A DNA stretch of 64,000 bases from a virus. Positions 52,846 to 63,081 of this stretch are shown piece after piece (the first letter of the stretch is position 1; every line of letters begins with the position of its first letter). Below the pieces are notes generated by a model. It had not been told where the DNA came from and did no database searches. It saw only the letters and a program-made list of their open reading frames with translations. The stretch lies in the IMG/VR virus record IMGVR_UViG_3300045970_000382, positions 92,224 through 156,223 of that record. The stretch is one strand, 5' to 3'. The position numbers and the translations under genes are program-made.

Positions 52846-53115
52846 TTGAAGACAGATAAATTTGCCAGAGGAGTATACGTTTTTGAATCTGTTTTAGAAG
52901 GTAAATCTTATCAAGATATAGGTAATGAAATAGGACTGTCACTTAGCACTGTTAAGCAAATTTTAGTTGAAATAGAACAGGAAGTTTTAAAATTGATCCC
53001 TTATAGGGACAGACCTCATGACAATTATGGAAAAACTTCTCCAGATAGATTAAGAGAATTTCGCCCACTTTGGATTAATTATTTAGAAATATTTAAAAAT
53101 AAGAATAATATTTAA
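52846..53115 (+). CDS. Small HTH protein
   Basis: GKSYQDIGNEIGLSLSTVKQI. Confidence 0.6.
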   Translation: MKTDKFARGVYVFESVLEGKSYQDIGNEIGLSLSTVKQILVEIEQEVLKLIPYRDRPHDNYGKTSPDRLREFRPLWINYLEIFKNKNNI

Positions 53116-53317
53116 TATGACTGATTTTGAATCTAGGTGTTTCTCATGCCGTTTTATGCGAAGAATAACAAGTTCTTCGCATATAAGATGTGCAAATCCA
53201 GATCTTACTTTGACTGGTGACGAAGATGCAATAGAGAAAGGTTATTTTCAATATCCATACAATTTCAATCCTATTTGGATTAAATCTATTTGTAAAAAAT
53301 TTAAGGAGAAAATCTGA

Positions 53318-53773
53318 ATGTTAGACACCCATTCGTTGGTGTTTTTACATCATAAGATATTTAAAGATACAATCGTTCGTTATCCATTTATAACAGATGC
53401 TAGATTATTGTTTCATGGCACTTTTTCAGAGGAAAGTATTCAGACTTTTATACGACCAGCTTGGGGTTTTTATGTGACTCCTTTGTATTCTTGGGCTAGA
53501 GAATATTATACGGGTTTAAATAGAGAATTTGGTGATGACTATGCGGGAAAAGGGTATGTGTATGCTCTATATGCAGATGTAAAAAATACATATCTTTGTT
53601 CAGATAAAGAGTCTGATATTTTTTATGCTAGGGATTATGATGAAATGGAAAATTTTATTGCTAGATTAGATAAATATGGATTTGACAGCATTAAGTATAG
53701 AGGTGAATCTGAGTCTATGGTTTTGTTTAAAGATGTCTTGATTATTAACGCTCTGACTGGACGACCTATGTGA
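53318..53773 (+). CDS. Possible ADP-ribosyltransferase-fold protein
   Basis: FHGT...GFYVT....AREY pattern. Confidence 0.4.
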   Translation: MLDTHSLVFLHHKIFKDTIVRYPFITDARLLFHGTFSEESIQTFIRPAWGFYVTPLYSWAREYYTGLNREFGDDYAGKGYVYALYADVKNTYLCSDKESDIFYARDYDEMENFIARLDKYGFDSIKYRGESESMVLFKDVLIINALTGRPM

Positions 53774-54195
53774 TTGATTTTAATGAGTCTTAACTTTAAA
53801 ATACAGTTTGTATATAATGTATTTTTTAATAAGTAGTTTTAAGTTGTTTAAGAAAATAGGAATAAAGATATGAAAGATTATTATCCACAAGTTGAACTTG
53901 AAATAGGTCTTTTAAAGTATGGAATAAAAGTTCTTGATTTATGTGCTTATGTTGGATATAGTTTTGTTTTTGAAGGTGATGAAGATTCTTTTAAAGAATC
54001 TCTTAGTAATTTTATGCAGGAGTATGGTTGGGAAGTTCAAGATGAGGATTGGTTTCCTGGTGATCCTGGTTATTTTGGTGAACCTGCATATTTTATTATG
54101 AAGAAATTGGATGGTCAATGTTTTGAGGTCTCTTTAGATTTTCAAAATAAAATATTAACTAATGTTATATAATCAATAAGATAGGAATAAATAAA

Positions 54196-54585
54196 ATGGG
54201 AACAAGATCTTTAACGTACGTTTATCAAGGTAATAAATGTTTAGTGTGCATGTATCGATAAATGGATGGATATTCATCAGGACATGGATTACAGTTGGCT
54301 AATTTTTTAACTCCAATCGAGCTGGTTAATGGTCTATCTTTAGATGATGAAGGTAAAAGAGTGGCAAATGGTATGCCTTGTTTAGCGGATCAGTTAGTGG
54401 CACATTTTAAAACAGGAGTCGGAGGCATTTATTTGGAAGCCATTGGTCTTGAAAAAGATTACGGGCAAGAGTATGAATACTATATCTTCGACAACACTGT
54501 ACGAGTTTTTGAGATAGATCCTACAAGGAAAGTAATTTTTCAGGGAACATGGAAGGAGTTTTTAACTTTTTGTGAGACAGTCTGA
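54196..54585 (+). pseudogene. Conserved-looking hypothetical gene interrupted by an in-frame TAA
   Basis: MGTRSLTYV...MYR*MDGYSSGHG; TAA at 54259-54261. Confidence 0.6.
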
Positions 54586-54898
54586 AGCTAAGGAATTACC
54601 ATGCTACCGTCTATAGAATCAGAATGGCAGAGTTTTAAAGACCTTGTCATAGATCCTGAAGCCCCAGAATATCAGATCATTGACATGAAGAATGCTTTTT
54701 ATGCGGGTGTCAAAAGTTTAATGATGTTGGAGTCAGGTTTGGTTAAATCCAACTTATCTAAAGAAAAAAAGAGTAAGGTATTCGATTCATGGAATTTTGA
54801 GGTAGATCAATATTTTGTAGATCTTGTGAAATATTACCTGAAGGAACATCTTGAAGAGCAGCCTAAGGAACAAAGGTCTAAATTAAATTAGTTGAGTC

Positions 54899-54927
54899 TT
54901 GACTTGAAGTTTTAGTTTATGTATAAT
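54899..54927 (+). promoter_or_regulatory. sigma70-type promoter with extended -10
   Basis: TTGACT-N17-TATAAT, AGTTTATGTATAAT. Confidence 0.7.
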
Positions 54928-54958
54928 GTTACTTTAATAACAAAAATGCGAGCTAACT

Positions 54959-55435
54959 ATGAAGATTAAAGAAAAAATTGTAAATTATTCAATAACTTAT
55001 GAAGATGAGATTATCAATCAGGCGCTAGCTATTTTGAAAAAGCGGATTAGGAAGCCAGGGGTCTTTTTTACCGAACCAGCCATAGTAACGGACTATTTAA
55101 CTCTGACTTTAGCTGAACGAGATATTGAGGTGTTTATGGTTCTGTTACTGGATAACAAGCACGGTCTTATTCATGAAGAGATTTTATTCAGAGGAACAAT
55201 ATGCGAATGTACAGTTTATCCGAGAGAAGTAGCCCGATTGGTTCTTAAGTACAATGCCTCTACTTTGATCTTAGTTCATAATCACCCCTCCGGCAGTATT
55301 GAACCATCACCAGATGATCTTCTCATTACCAAGCGAATAAAGGAAGCACTAGAGTTAATAGATGTGCAGTTGCTGGATCATATACTGATAGCACAGACTA
55401 CCACTATATCAATGAGGAGTGAAGGTCTATTTTAA
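54959..55435 (+). CDS. radC: RadC-like JAB/MPN domain protein
   Basis: E.F..L.LD, VYPREV, HNHPSG...S..D and LLDH motifs. Confidence 0.92.
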   Translation: MKIKEKIVNYSITYEDEIINQALAILKKRIRKPGVFFTEPAIVTDYLTLTLAERDIEVFMVLLLDNKHGLIHEEILFRGTICECTVYPREVARLVLKYNASTLILVHNHPSGSIEPSPDDLLITKRIKEALELIDVQLLDHILIAQTTTISMRSEGLF

Positions 55436-55453
55436 TATGATTAGGATAAGAAT

Positions 55454-55774
55454 ATGATATACAAAGAGAAGTGGCTGTATCCTAAAACTGGATTTATCAG
55501 TATTCCCAAATCATTATTATATAATCAGGCTAAACTAGAGCTAACATCATCAGATCTTGTAGTTTTATTATACTTAATTAGATTTTGGTCAGGAGATTTT
55601 TCTCAATATCCATCACTGCATGTTTTATCAGAAGAGACAGGTTTGTCATTGGAAAAGATATTCAAAATACTTTTAAAATTAGAAAAACATCAGTTAATGG
55701 ATGTTGAAGAACGAAATGGAAATATTTATTATAATCTATCCCCACTAGCCAATAAATTGAAGGATTTACTATGA
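55454..55774 (+). CDS. Winged-HTH protein
   Basis: YPSL..LSEETGLS......L..LE pattern. Confidence 0.6.
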   Translation: MIYKEKWLYPKTGFISIPKSLLYNQAKLELTSSDLVVLLYLIRFWSGDFSQYPSLHVLSEETGLSLEKIFKILLKLEKHQLMDVEERNGNIYYNLSPLANKLKDLL

Positions 55775-55986
55775 AAGACCAGAAATGTCCCACATGCCAA
55801 GCACCTATGCAAGGATCTTTTGATGACGAAGGCAATGAAATAAAACCCAATCCTTATGCTTTTGGAGTATGCTTCACTTGCGGAGCACAGTTTAGGTATG
55901 ACGAGGATTTAGAGCCACAAGAAATGACAGTAGAAGACATCTTATCCATGCCAGATGAACTCCGGATGTTATTATCTATGATAAGC

Positions 55987-56259
55987 AAAAAGGTATTAAA
56001 GGCTAAGAAATGAAAGAGATAAATTTAAAGATATGGACTATTTTTTTCAGTCCATTAGATTTTCCCAACGAATACGTGGCTAGACAGTTTGATGTGGATC
56101 GACCCACTAATTTTCTTTTGAGAGGAGACAGTTTGGATGATTTACGAGTTAAGATTCAGAATAATTCGGAAAATCAATTAGTTAGGATAAACCGTTGCGA
56201 AGAAGACCATATTAGCGTTATTTAGAGTTGGATATAAAAAGGTATTAAAGGCTAAGAAA
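55987..56259 (+). mobile_element. Small gene cassette flanked by 24-bp direct repeats
   Basis: AAAAAGGTATTAAAGGCTAAGAAA at 55987-56010 and 56236-56259. Confidence 0.65.
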
Positions 56260-56284
56260 GCTTAATTGAGAGAGGTAAATTCAT

Positions 56285-56809
56285 ATGAACTATGGCGATC
56301 TAACAATAATAGCCGAGATCCCTAGAATAAACAACCAAAGGAGAGTTTTGGTAAAATGCGTATGCGGTAATAGAACAGAAGTCTACCTACACCATTTAAA
56401 ATCAGGAAAGACGCGATCCTGTGGCAACCACAAATTACTACCTAATGGATCCTACCAAATTATAAATAAAAAGGAAAAAGAACCACATAGACAATCAAAA
56501 TCAAGGACTTACGCTTCGTATGCAGCCATGAAAGATCGTTGTCTCAATCCAAATTCCGACTCTTTTCAAGACTACGCAGGCAGAGGCATCACTTTAGATC
56601 CAAGATGGATAGAGTCATTCAGTTCTTTTGTAGAAGATATGGGAATAAGACCAGAAAACACTACACTAGATAGAATAGACAATAATGAAGGCTATACAAA
56701 GTCTAATTGCCGTTGGGCTACCGACATAGAACAAAACAATAACAAGAGAACCCAAGGACTAACAAAACTTCACAGGATTTTCGGCCAAATTAGAGAGGAA
56801 AAGAAATGA
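56285..56809 (+). CDS. HNH-like endonuclease (DRID subtype)
   Basis: C.CG, M..RC, Y.GRGI and TLDRIDN..GY...NCRWAT..Q..N motifs. Confidence 0.8.
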   Translation: MNYGDLTIIAEIPRINNQRRVLVKCVCGNRTEVYLHHLKSGKTRSCGNHKLLPNGSYQIINKKEKEPHRQSKSRTYASYAAMKDRCLNPNSDSFQDYAGRGITLDPRWIESFSSFVEDMGIRPENTTLDRIDNNEGYTKSNCRWATDIEQNNNKRTQGLTKLHRIFGQIREEKK

Positions 56810-57168
56810 CATACTACGATTATTTAAAAAGTATTATAAACCAATGGAATTTTTTAGATATTTTTCTAATTATTCTATTTTGTGGACTGACACTTGGATT
56901 ATTAATCCACCACGATAACAAGGACTAAGATTTATGATATTCACTAACGAAAGAAAACTTCAGTACACAAGCTACTGGCTAGCCCAATCTCAGGCTGGTA
57001 TCGCTGAAGAATTACTTGAAAAAGAACTGGATTCAATTCACACTACGAATTTAGATGCAGTAGCCCAAGGTCTGTTAATCGGTTTAGCCTCATTTTTAAA
57101 TTATGTAGAAGATCATGACTTGGACAGCCACCACATATCAGAATTAAAGAAAATGAGAAAGTAAACAC

Positions 57169-57319
57169 TTGACAGATATAAGAGAAGTTTATATAATGAC
57201 AGACAGTTATTGAAATAGGAGAAAGTTGGAGCTCCAATAATTTCAATAACTTAAAAAGTTATTACTGAACCCTTGCTTTTAGATCGTACTCCAACACGAT
57301 CTATTTCAAGGGTTCTTTT
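57169..57319 (+). promoter_or_regulatory. Consensus promoter plus two-hairpin leader with complementary loops (GUUGGAG/CUCCAAC)
   Basis: TTGACA-N17-TATAAT; AGTTATTGAAAT stem; GAACCCTTG/CAAGGGTTC followed by T-tract. Confidence 0.75.
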
Positions 57320-57333
57320 ACGAGGAAAAGAAG

Positions 57334-57531
57334 ATGAATTTAACAAAAAGAACAAGAACAGAATTCTTAGTCAAAATAGAAGAACGAAGAATTGATAAGA
57401 AATTAATCCCTACCATCAATGCTAGAGACTTGTGGAGCAAATTAAGAAGTAAACAACATTTTTCAGATTGGATTAAAAACAGAATAGACAAGTATGATTT
57501 CGTAAAAGGAGTTGATTATGGAATTAATTAA
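57334..57531 (+). CDS. Short AntA/AntB antirepressor-like domain
   Basis: INARDLW..L..KQHFSDWIKNRI.KYDF..G.DY. Confidence 0.75.
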   Translation: MNLTKRTRTEFLVKIEERRIDKKLIPTINARDLWSKLRSKQHFSDWIKNRIDKYDFVKGVDYGIN

Positions 57532-58252
57532 GAGAACCAAAACTGATAAGAGGACATTTGAGTCCTTAAATTATAAGAAGTATGATGGATATGGGTATAT
57601 TTACATTATTGAGTTTGAATCAGGAGCTATAAAGGTAGGAATGACAACAAATTTTAACCAGAGATTAAAAACACATAGAACTACATTGGGAAGAGTATCT
57701 CCTGTTTTACGTTTTTGGGTATCAGTTTTACATAGTAATTATTTGGAAAATGAGAAAGAGTTAATAGAGTTTATTTCTTATGACGAAAGATCAGAAGTGA
57801 CTTTCAAATCTTCTTTTGACGTTGTTAGACGTGAAGCTGAATTACTTGATTTTGAACAGGAAAGTAGATTACAATATTTAATGAGAGTAGATACAGCGAT
57901 AGAATCAAAACCAAAAGATATTATAAGTTACTTAGATTACATTAGTTCTGATTTCAGTAATCATGTAGCAATTTCAGAATGGTTAGTGGAGGAATCTAAT
58001 TCTAAAGATTTGAAACAATTAAAAATGGATTTATTTTTAGTAATGGATAATGATCTATATTCATATTTAGATAATTACTTTTTGGATCTTTGTTCTGATA
58101 ACGGAGGAGGTATAAATTTAGTAGGTAAAGGATGGAATAAAGAAGATAAAGATCCTGTAATTTTTAATATGTACCCAAAAGATTTATTAGATGATATTAT
58201 TCCAGAAATAAGACCTATTGTAAATTATAGGTTGAGACAGGTAACTTCGTAA
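57512..58252 (+). CDS. GIY-YIG-like (T5orf172-type) domain protein
   Basis: GYIYII...IKVGMT...QRL...E motifs. Confidence 0.65.
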   Translation: MIMELIKRTKTDKRTFESLNYKKYDGYGYIYIIEFESGAIKVGMTTNFNQRLKTHRTTLGRVSPVLRFWVSVLHSNYLENEKELIEFISYDERSEVTFKSSFDVVRREAELLDFEQESRLQYLMRVDTAIESKPKDIISYLDYISSDFSNHVAISEWLVEESNSKDLKQLKMDLFLVMDNDLYSYLDNYFLDLCSDNGGGINLVGKGWNKEDKDPVIFNMYPKDLLDDIIPEIRPIVNYRLRQVTS

Positions 58253-58656
58253 GAGTTACTCATACAAATAATCTTATAACTCCAGAGTTTCGATTAAGAA
58301 GAAACAAATAGTACATTGGATCCAGGTAGCACTTTTAATTTTTGTGTTATCGGGATACTGGGAGTTCGGAGAGAGAGATCCAAATCCAAGTGTTTTTGAA
58401 CTTTCCTGGGAAGTGTTTTTTAAGAGATCCAAATCTATCTTTATTGTTAAGAAGAAAATCCAAATCCATTTAAGAATTACATGTTTGTAAGAAGATGGGA
58501 TTTATCAAGAAATAAATCCATTTTAAGCTAGATTACTTCCCAGAACTGGCCTTCTAGACATAATATGCCTCGAAATCCCAGTCTGAGTTTGCCCAGGACT
58601 ATCCTTGCACCTTGATCTATCCAAACCTTATCAATTAATCACTGTCAAGAATCTTT

Positions 58657-58756
58657 GATTTAAGCAACGATAATTTTTTACTGCTACCATTGCATTGCTA
58701 GTAAAGGACTCTAGTCACTATCAGCTTATTTGGTGGCTTAAATTGCGTATTTTTGG
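58657..58756. repeat. ~100-bp phased T-tract element, copy E
   Basis: TTTAAGCAACG...ATTTGGTGGCTTAAAT. Confidence 0.5.
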
Positions 58757-59466
58757 CTAGTTGTTAGTTACATGGTAGCAATAATGAAAGCATATTGCAA
58801 GACGCGATTGAAAATAAATTGTCAGACCAAAATCTAGCATAAAACAATAAGCTGAAATGATGTTCTAAAAATAAGACATAGTGGTGTATATCACTTGACT
58901 CTGTTTAGTGCCAAAAATAAGCATAAATCCATCTAATTAAAGATAGAAGCACGACATATCGATCTAGATCATACTTATGAACAATCCAGAATAAATCTAG
59001 ATTTAATTGAGAAGAAACCTAGGCAAAAGGCCGTTAGAGACGTTAGGGTTTTAGCAACTTCGTAAGCCTTTATTTATAAAAGGATGGATTAAATCCAATA
59101 AAACAGGACAAAAAGTTATTTTCGCCACTGGTGGGAATTTTGAAATTACAAAACTCTATCATTTTTTATGGATTTGGAAGCCACTGAGTTAGTCTAGATT
59201 GAGTGGCTTCTAGAATTGAAAAACAGATATGGATATACTGGGTGTGCCAAAATATATGAATCTAGATTTGCTAGCCCCTTGCTCTGACCTGCTGAAAATA
59301 TTGTTAATCTAGATAATACTTGCCCAGAGCTTATCTAGGTTTAGTATTAAGCCAAAAAGAGAGTCAGATAATAAATATCTGACTCTTGAGTTGAGCCATT
59401 ACAGCCCATCGGTGTACAACATGACATTGTGGAATAAAATCTTTTATTAAAATCTTATTCCACAAC

Positions 59467-59484
59467 CAGCACGTCCATGTGCTG
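59467..59484 (-). promoter_or_regulatory. CsrA/RsmA-type GGA hairpin, copy 1
   Basis: CAGCACAUGGACGUGCUG. Confidence 0.5.
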
Positions 59485-59780
59485 TAGCCATTAAATACTG
59501 ATTAGATATATGAAGTAATGCTCTTCATTGTATTTTGCCACGGTATGACCTGAACTTTTAAACGTATCATATACTTCAGGCATATACAGTCTTAAGTTAT
59601 CAGCACCTTCTGACGAATCATATCTACCAATGCCAATTCTACTTTTGCCATTTTCAGCAATCTTGTCAGTAATAAGTGCAGTGAGTGACTCTACAATAAA
59701 CTTTCGTTTTACTTGTGGAGTCGGTTCAGTTTCACTTTGTTCGAGCCGTATACCGTATTGAAGATCGTATTTCATGTTGT

Positions 59781-60110
59781 TCACCAGTCAATTGATCTAG
59801 TTATATTCTCTTCGTAGTTCCAAGGGTTGCCTTGAACTTCTAAGTCATCAAAGTCTTCACCAATTCTTATGAAGCCATATTTTTCATCATCCATATCTTC
59901 AAGCATTTTCATGATTGAATCTACTTCAGCAAAGCCTGGTGTGTTCATGTACCACTTGATACCTGATACGTAAAAAAGTATACCTTCATGGCTGCACTCA
60001 CGAGGTGTCGGTTCAGTAAACACTTCGTTAATCATGTTCTTTTGTTCGGCATCCAATTCGTCATAAATTGATTCATCTAAAACCAGTGCCACATCACTTC
60101 TGTAACCCAT
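59781..60110 (-). CDS. Conserved phage hypothetical protein
   Basis: MGYRSDV...IKWY...FIRIGED motif pattern. Confidence 0.65.
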   Translation of the reverse strand: MGYRSDVALVLDESIYDELDAEQKNMINEVFTEPTPRECSHEGILFYVSGIKWYMNTPGFAEVDSIMKMLEDMDDEKYGFIRIGEDFDDLEVQGNPWNYEENITRSIDW

Positions 60111-60129
60111 GTTATGTACTCCCGATAGT

Positions 60130-60147
60130 AAGCACGTCCATGTGCTT
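60130..60147 (-). promoter_or_regulatory. CsrA/RsmA-type GGA hairpin, copy 2
   Basis: AAGCACAUGGACGUGCUU. Confidence 0.5.
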
Positions 60148-60159
60148 GATTGTTATGGT

Positions 60160-61080
60160 TTAAGCCGCAGCTTGTTCTTGGTTTTTGCGTACACCACGTT
60201 TGGCTTTAGCCACCACTTCTACCAGTTCAGCAGCGATGGTCTCAACTGTTTCAACATCTCGTTGTAACGATGTTTCAACGGCTGGTTCTACTACTGGCTC
60301 TGGTACAGCCGTGATTTCAGTCTTCACTGTGTTGAATAGTGCATTGTTATGAAACCACTCAGTCCATGCAGCTTGTTGATGCTTTTTAAAGCTGGGGCCG
60401 ATGTTTGAATACACTCCGGTACTCATGGCTGGTTCTCTTTCAGTCATCACCGCCATGCCTAATAAAGCGTATGACAACTTGTTGGGGAATGGTTGCCATA
60501 CACGTTTCGTGACTTCACTCACAGTCTGCTTGCTGACATGGTATGACAAGCCGATCTCAATGAAAGTTCTCAATGAAATCAATGGTGCCCAGTTACGTAA
60601 ATGTTTCTTACCAGCACGTTCGCCGTACGATCTTTCAAAAAAGTTAGTGCCTGGTTTTAACCATTGTGCCGCAATCAATCCAGCTTTTGCCGATGCTGTG
60701 TATACTTGGTACGAAGTGGTAACTCCGAGTTTGTTCACAAACTCTTCAACTTCATTAACATCTGGCATAACAATAACCAGTGCTGGAGGTGCTGGTAATT
60801 GTGCCGGTAATACTTCACCTTTTAATTCAGCATCTGATTTTTCAATCATTTTGTCAATTTTAGCAACGACACCCTCAATGGTTGGCTGTGCGACTGGTTC
60901 TTCAACCACTTCGACAGCCACTTCTACAGCTGGTACATCTTCAATCACTTCAACCACTGGTTCTTCAAAATGCAATTCGGTAGCCAATGTGGTCTCAGCT
61001 TCAATTGTTTCAGCCACGTCTACGATAGTTTCAACTACAACTACTGGTTCTTGTTTGGTTTGTTTTGTATTCTTTTTCAT
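60160..61080 (-). CDS. Early-type protein with Glu/Val/Ala-rich termini
   Basis: 306-aa ORF, visibly more GC-rich than the rest of the window, GGTG RBS. Confidence 0.75.
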   Translation of the reverse strand: MKKNTKQTKQEPVVVVETIVDVAETIEAETTLATELHFEEPVVEVIEDVPAVEVAVEVVEEPVAQPTIEGVVAKIDKMIEKSDAELKGEVLPAQLPAPPALVIVMPDVNEVEEFVNKLGVTTSYQVYTASAKAGLIAAQWLKPGTNFFERSYGERAGKKHLRNWAPLISLRTFIEIGLSYHVSKQTVSEVTKRVWQPFPNKLSYALLGMAVMTEREPAMSTGVYSNIGPSFKKHQQAAWTEWFHNNALFNTVKTEITAVPEPVVEPAVETSLQRDVETVETIAAELVEVVAKAKRGVRKNQEQAAA

Positions 61081-61371
61081 TTCAGTTCACCGTTTAAGTT
61101 AAAAAATTGTTTTACTGTTTTGATACAGTGAAGCTAGTATACATTTTATAAAAGTTAAACGCAATAGCAAATTGAAGATATTTTTAATTTATTTTTATAT
61201 CATTATATACAGCCACAAAACGAATTTTCTAGTAGAAATAAGAAGTTATCTACGAATGATTTAGGTTGAATTTAGATTGAATCTAGATTATTTGTGGGTT
61301 TTATTTACGTTACTATCTTGATTTGTCAGTAGTGATATGATAGACTGGTTTTAATTTATATACAATATAAG

Positions 61372-62076
61372 ATGGAACTAATTAAGAGAAAGAAGACTGT
61401 TTATAGGAAGAGGAAAAAGACTGTTTATAGGAAGAGGAAAAAGACTGTTAGAGATTATATAGTCTACTTACATAGATCACCATCTGGTAAGTGTTATGTG
61501 GGATTAACTAAAGATTATGATAGAAGATGTCTAGAGCATAAAAAGGATAATAGGTGTAGATTATTTGCTAGAGCTATTGAGAAGTATGGGTGGGATAATT
61601 TAGAACATACCATACTTGAATCTGGATTGACTTTAAAAGAAGCTAAAGATAAAGAATCATATTATATAGAGAAGTACAACACATTCGTACCAAATGGGTA
61701 TAATTTAACTACGGGAGGCGAAGGTTACATAGTTTCGGATGAAACAAGGAAGAATATGTCTCAAGCTCATAAAGGAGAAGTAAGGGAATATTTAAGGGGA
61801 AAAAATCTATCTGAAGAGCATAAAAGAAAGATATCTGAAGCTATGAAGAATATAACTAAGGAGACACGAGAAAAACTTTCTTATCGTGCTAAAAATAAGA
61901 CTGAGGAACATCAGAGGAAGATAACTGAAGCGTTAACAGGTCAGAAAAGATCTGACGAAACTCGTCAGAGGCAAGCAGCTTCAGCTAAGAGGCGTAAGAA
62001 AAGAGAAAGAGATAAAAGATTGTTAGAAGCAATTCAACAGTGTAAGCACCTAAAGTCTAGATCAATTCTAGAGTGA
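61372..62076 (+). CDS. GIY-YIG endonuclease with NUMOD3-like repeats, copy 2
   Basis: Paralog of 42413 and 63217; 24-bp tandem repeat near the 5' end. Confidence 0.85.
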   Translation: MELIKRKKTVYRKRKKTVYRKRKKTVRDYIVYLHRSPSGKCYVGLTKDYDRRCLEHKKDNRCRLFARAIEKYGWDNLEHTILESGLTLKEAKDKESYYIEKYNTFVPNGYNLTTGGEGYIVSDETRKNMSQAHKGEVREYLRGKNLSEEHKRKISEAMKNITKETREKLSYRAKNKTEEHQRKITEALTGQKRSDETRQRQAASAKRRKKRERDKRLLEAIQQCKHLKSRSILE

Positions 62077-62859
62077 TAAAGACAGAAGATGTCAATTTGG
62101 ATCGATAATAACGCAATCTAAATCTATAATCATTCGTGGTGGAATGAATGTAAATAAGAGTGACTCCATTCACTCCATTTACTATGTGGTAGTGAATCAA
62201 CTTTTAGAGTGGTCGTAATTGCAAAACAGATACATTTCGTTCATCTTTAATGACTCTAATGCATCTGTATCTCAGTTTAATGACACGAAAAAACGAATTA
62301 ATATCTTCGGCATCGCTGTGATCTACTGATAACCAAATATCGAATATATCCATCAGTTCTGGTGCGTAGCAGATTGTTGAAATACTACCTGCTTCTATTT
62401 CCCAAATGCCATTGTCATCGACATCTAAGCATTCTTCTATCATTGTTCTTACTTGTTTTATTTCTACAGCATTATAGCTTGCGATATTACTCATCTTATT
62501 TTCCTCAGTGTGTGCTACCGCCGTTCTATAAACGAAGTGTAACACACTCTTGTTAAGTTGTCAATTAACTCCAACGATTCAAATACTTACACACTCTTGC
62601 AGCTTCAGCTCTAGTCAAGTATGGGTCTTTGTCTTGTTCGTTACTTAGATTTCCGTAGTAATCTCTTTGGCTGTCCCATATTTTGAAAGCTGGAATAACC
62701 AAATTGGGTTCAATCAACGTGGTTGACATTTCTACTGTGTATCTTTTCTTCATTGTCTTTACTCCGTAAAGTGCTAATGATTGATCCATTTCTTGTTCTG
62801 CAACATTCATTTCTTCTTGAGTCATCATGATTTTTACACCGTGGTTGGTTGGGGTTAAA

Positions 62860-62873
62860 GCACATCCATGTGC
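62860..62873 (-). promoter_or_regulatory. CsrA/RsmA-type GGA hairpin, copy 3
   Basis: GCACAUGGAUGUGC. Confidence 0.55.
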
Positions 62874-63081
62874 GGTGGTTGGTTAGTGTTGTGGAGTAGC
62901 TTCAATCAGTATCATGTAGACTTGACGAAGTTTATCATTCAGTTCAAGCCATGTTTTACAACCACGTCGTGTGGCTTGCATTAAACCGCGTATTTTGTGG
63001 ATTTCACGACTTTTGTTATCAATTTTTTTCATTTTATACACCGTTAGATTATTGTTGCTGGCGTTATTACCAACAAATTAT

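Noticed and set aside
54259-56225. Stop-codon reassignment suggested by two in-frame stops
   Set aside because: The two cases use different codons (TAA, TAG); both end many conserved genes normally and long genes are intact under code 11
60401-61102. 233-aa plus-strand ORF
   Set aside because: Antisense shadow of the Glu/Val/Ala-rich gene 60160-61080; Ser/Thr-rich mirror composition
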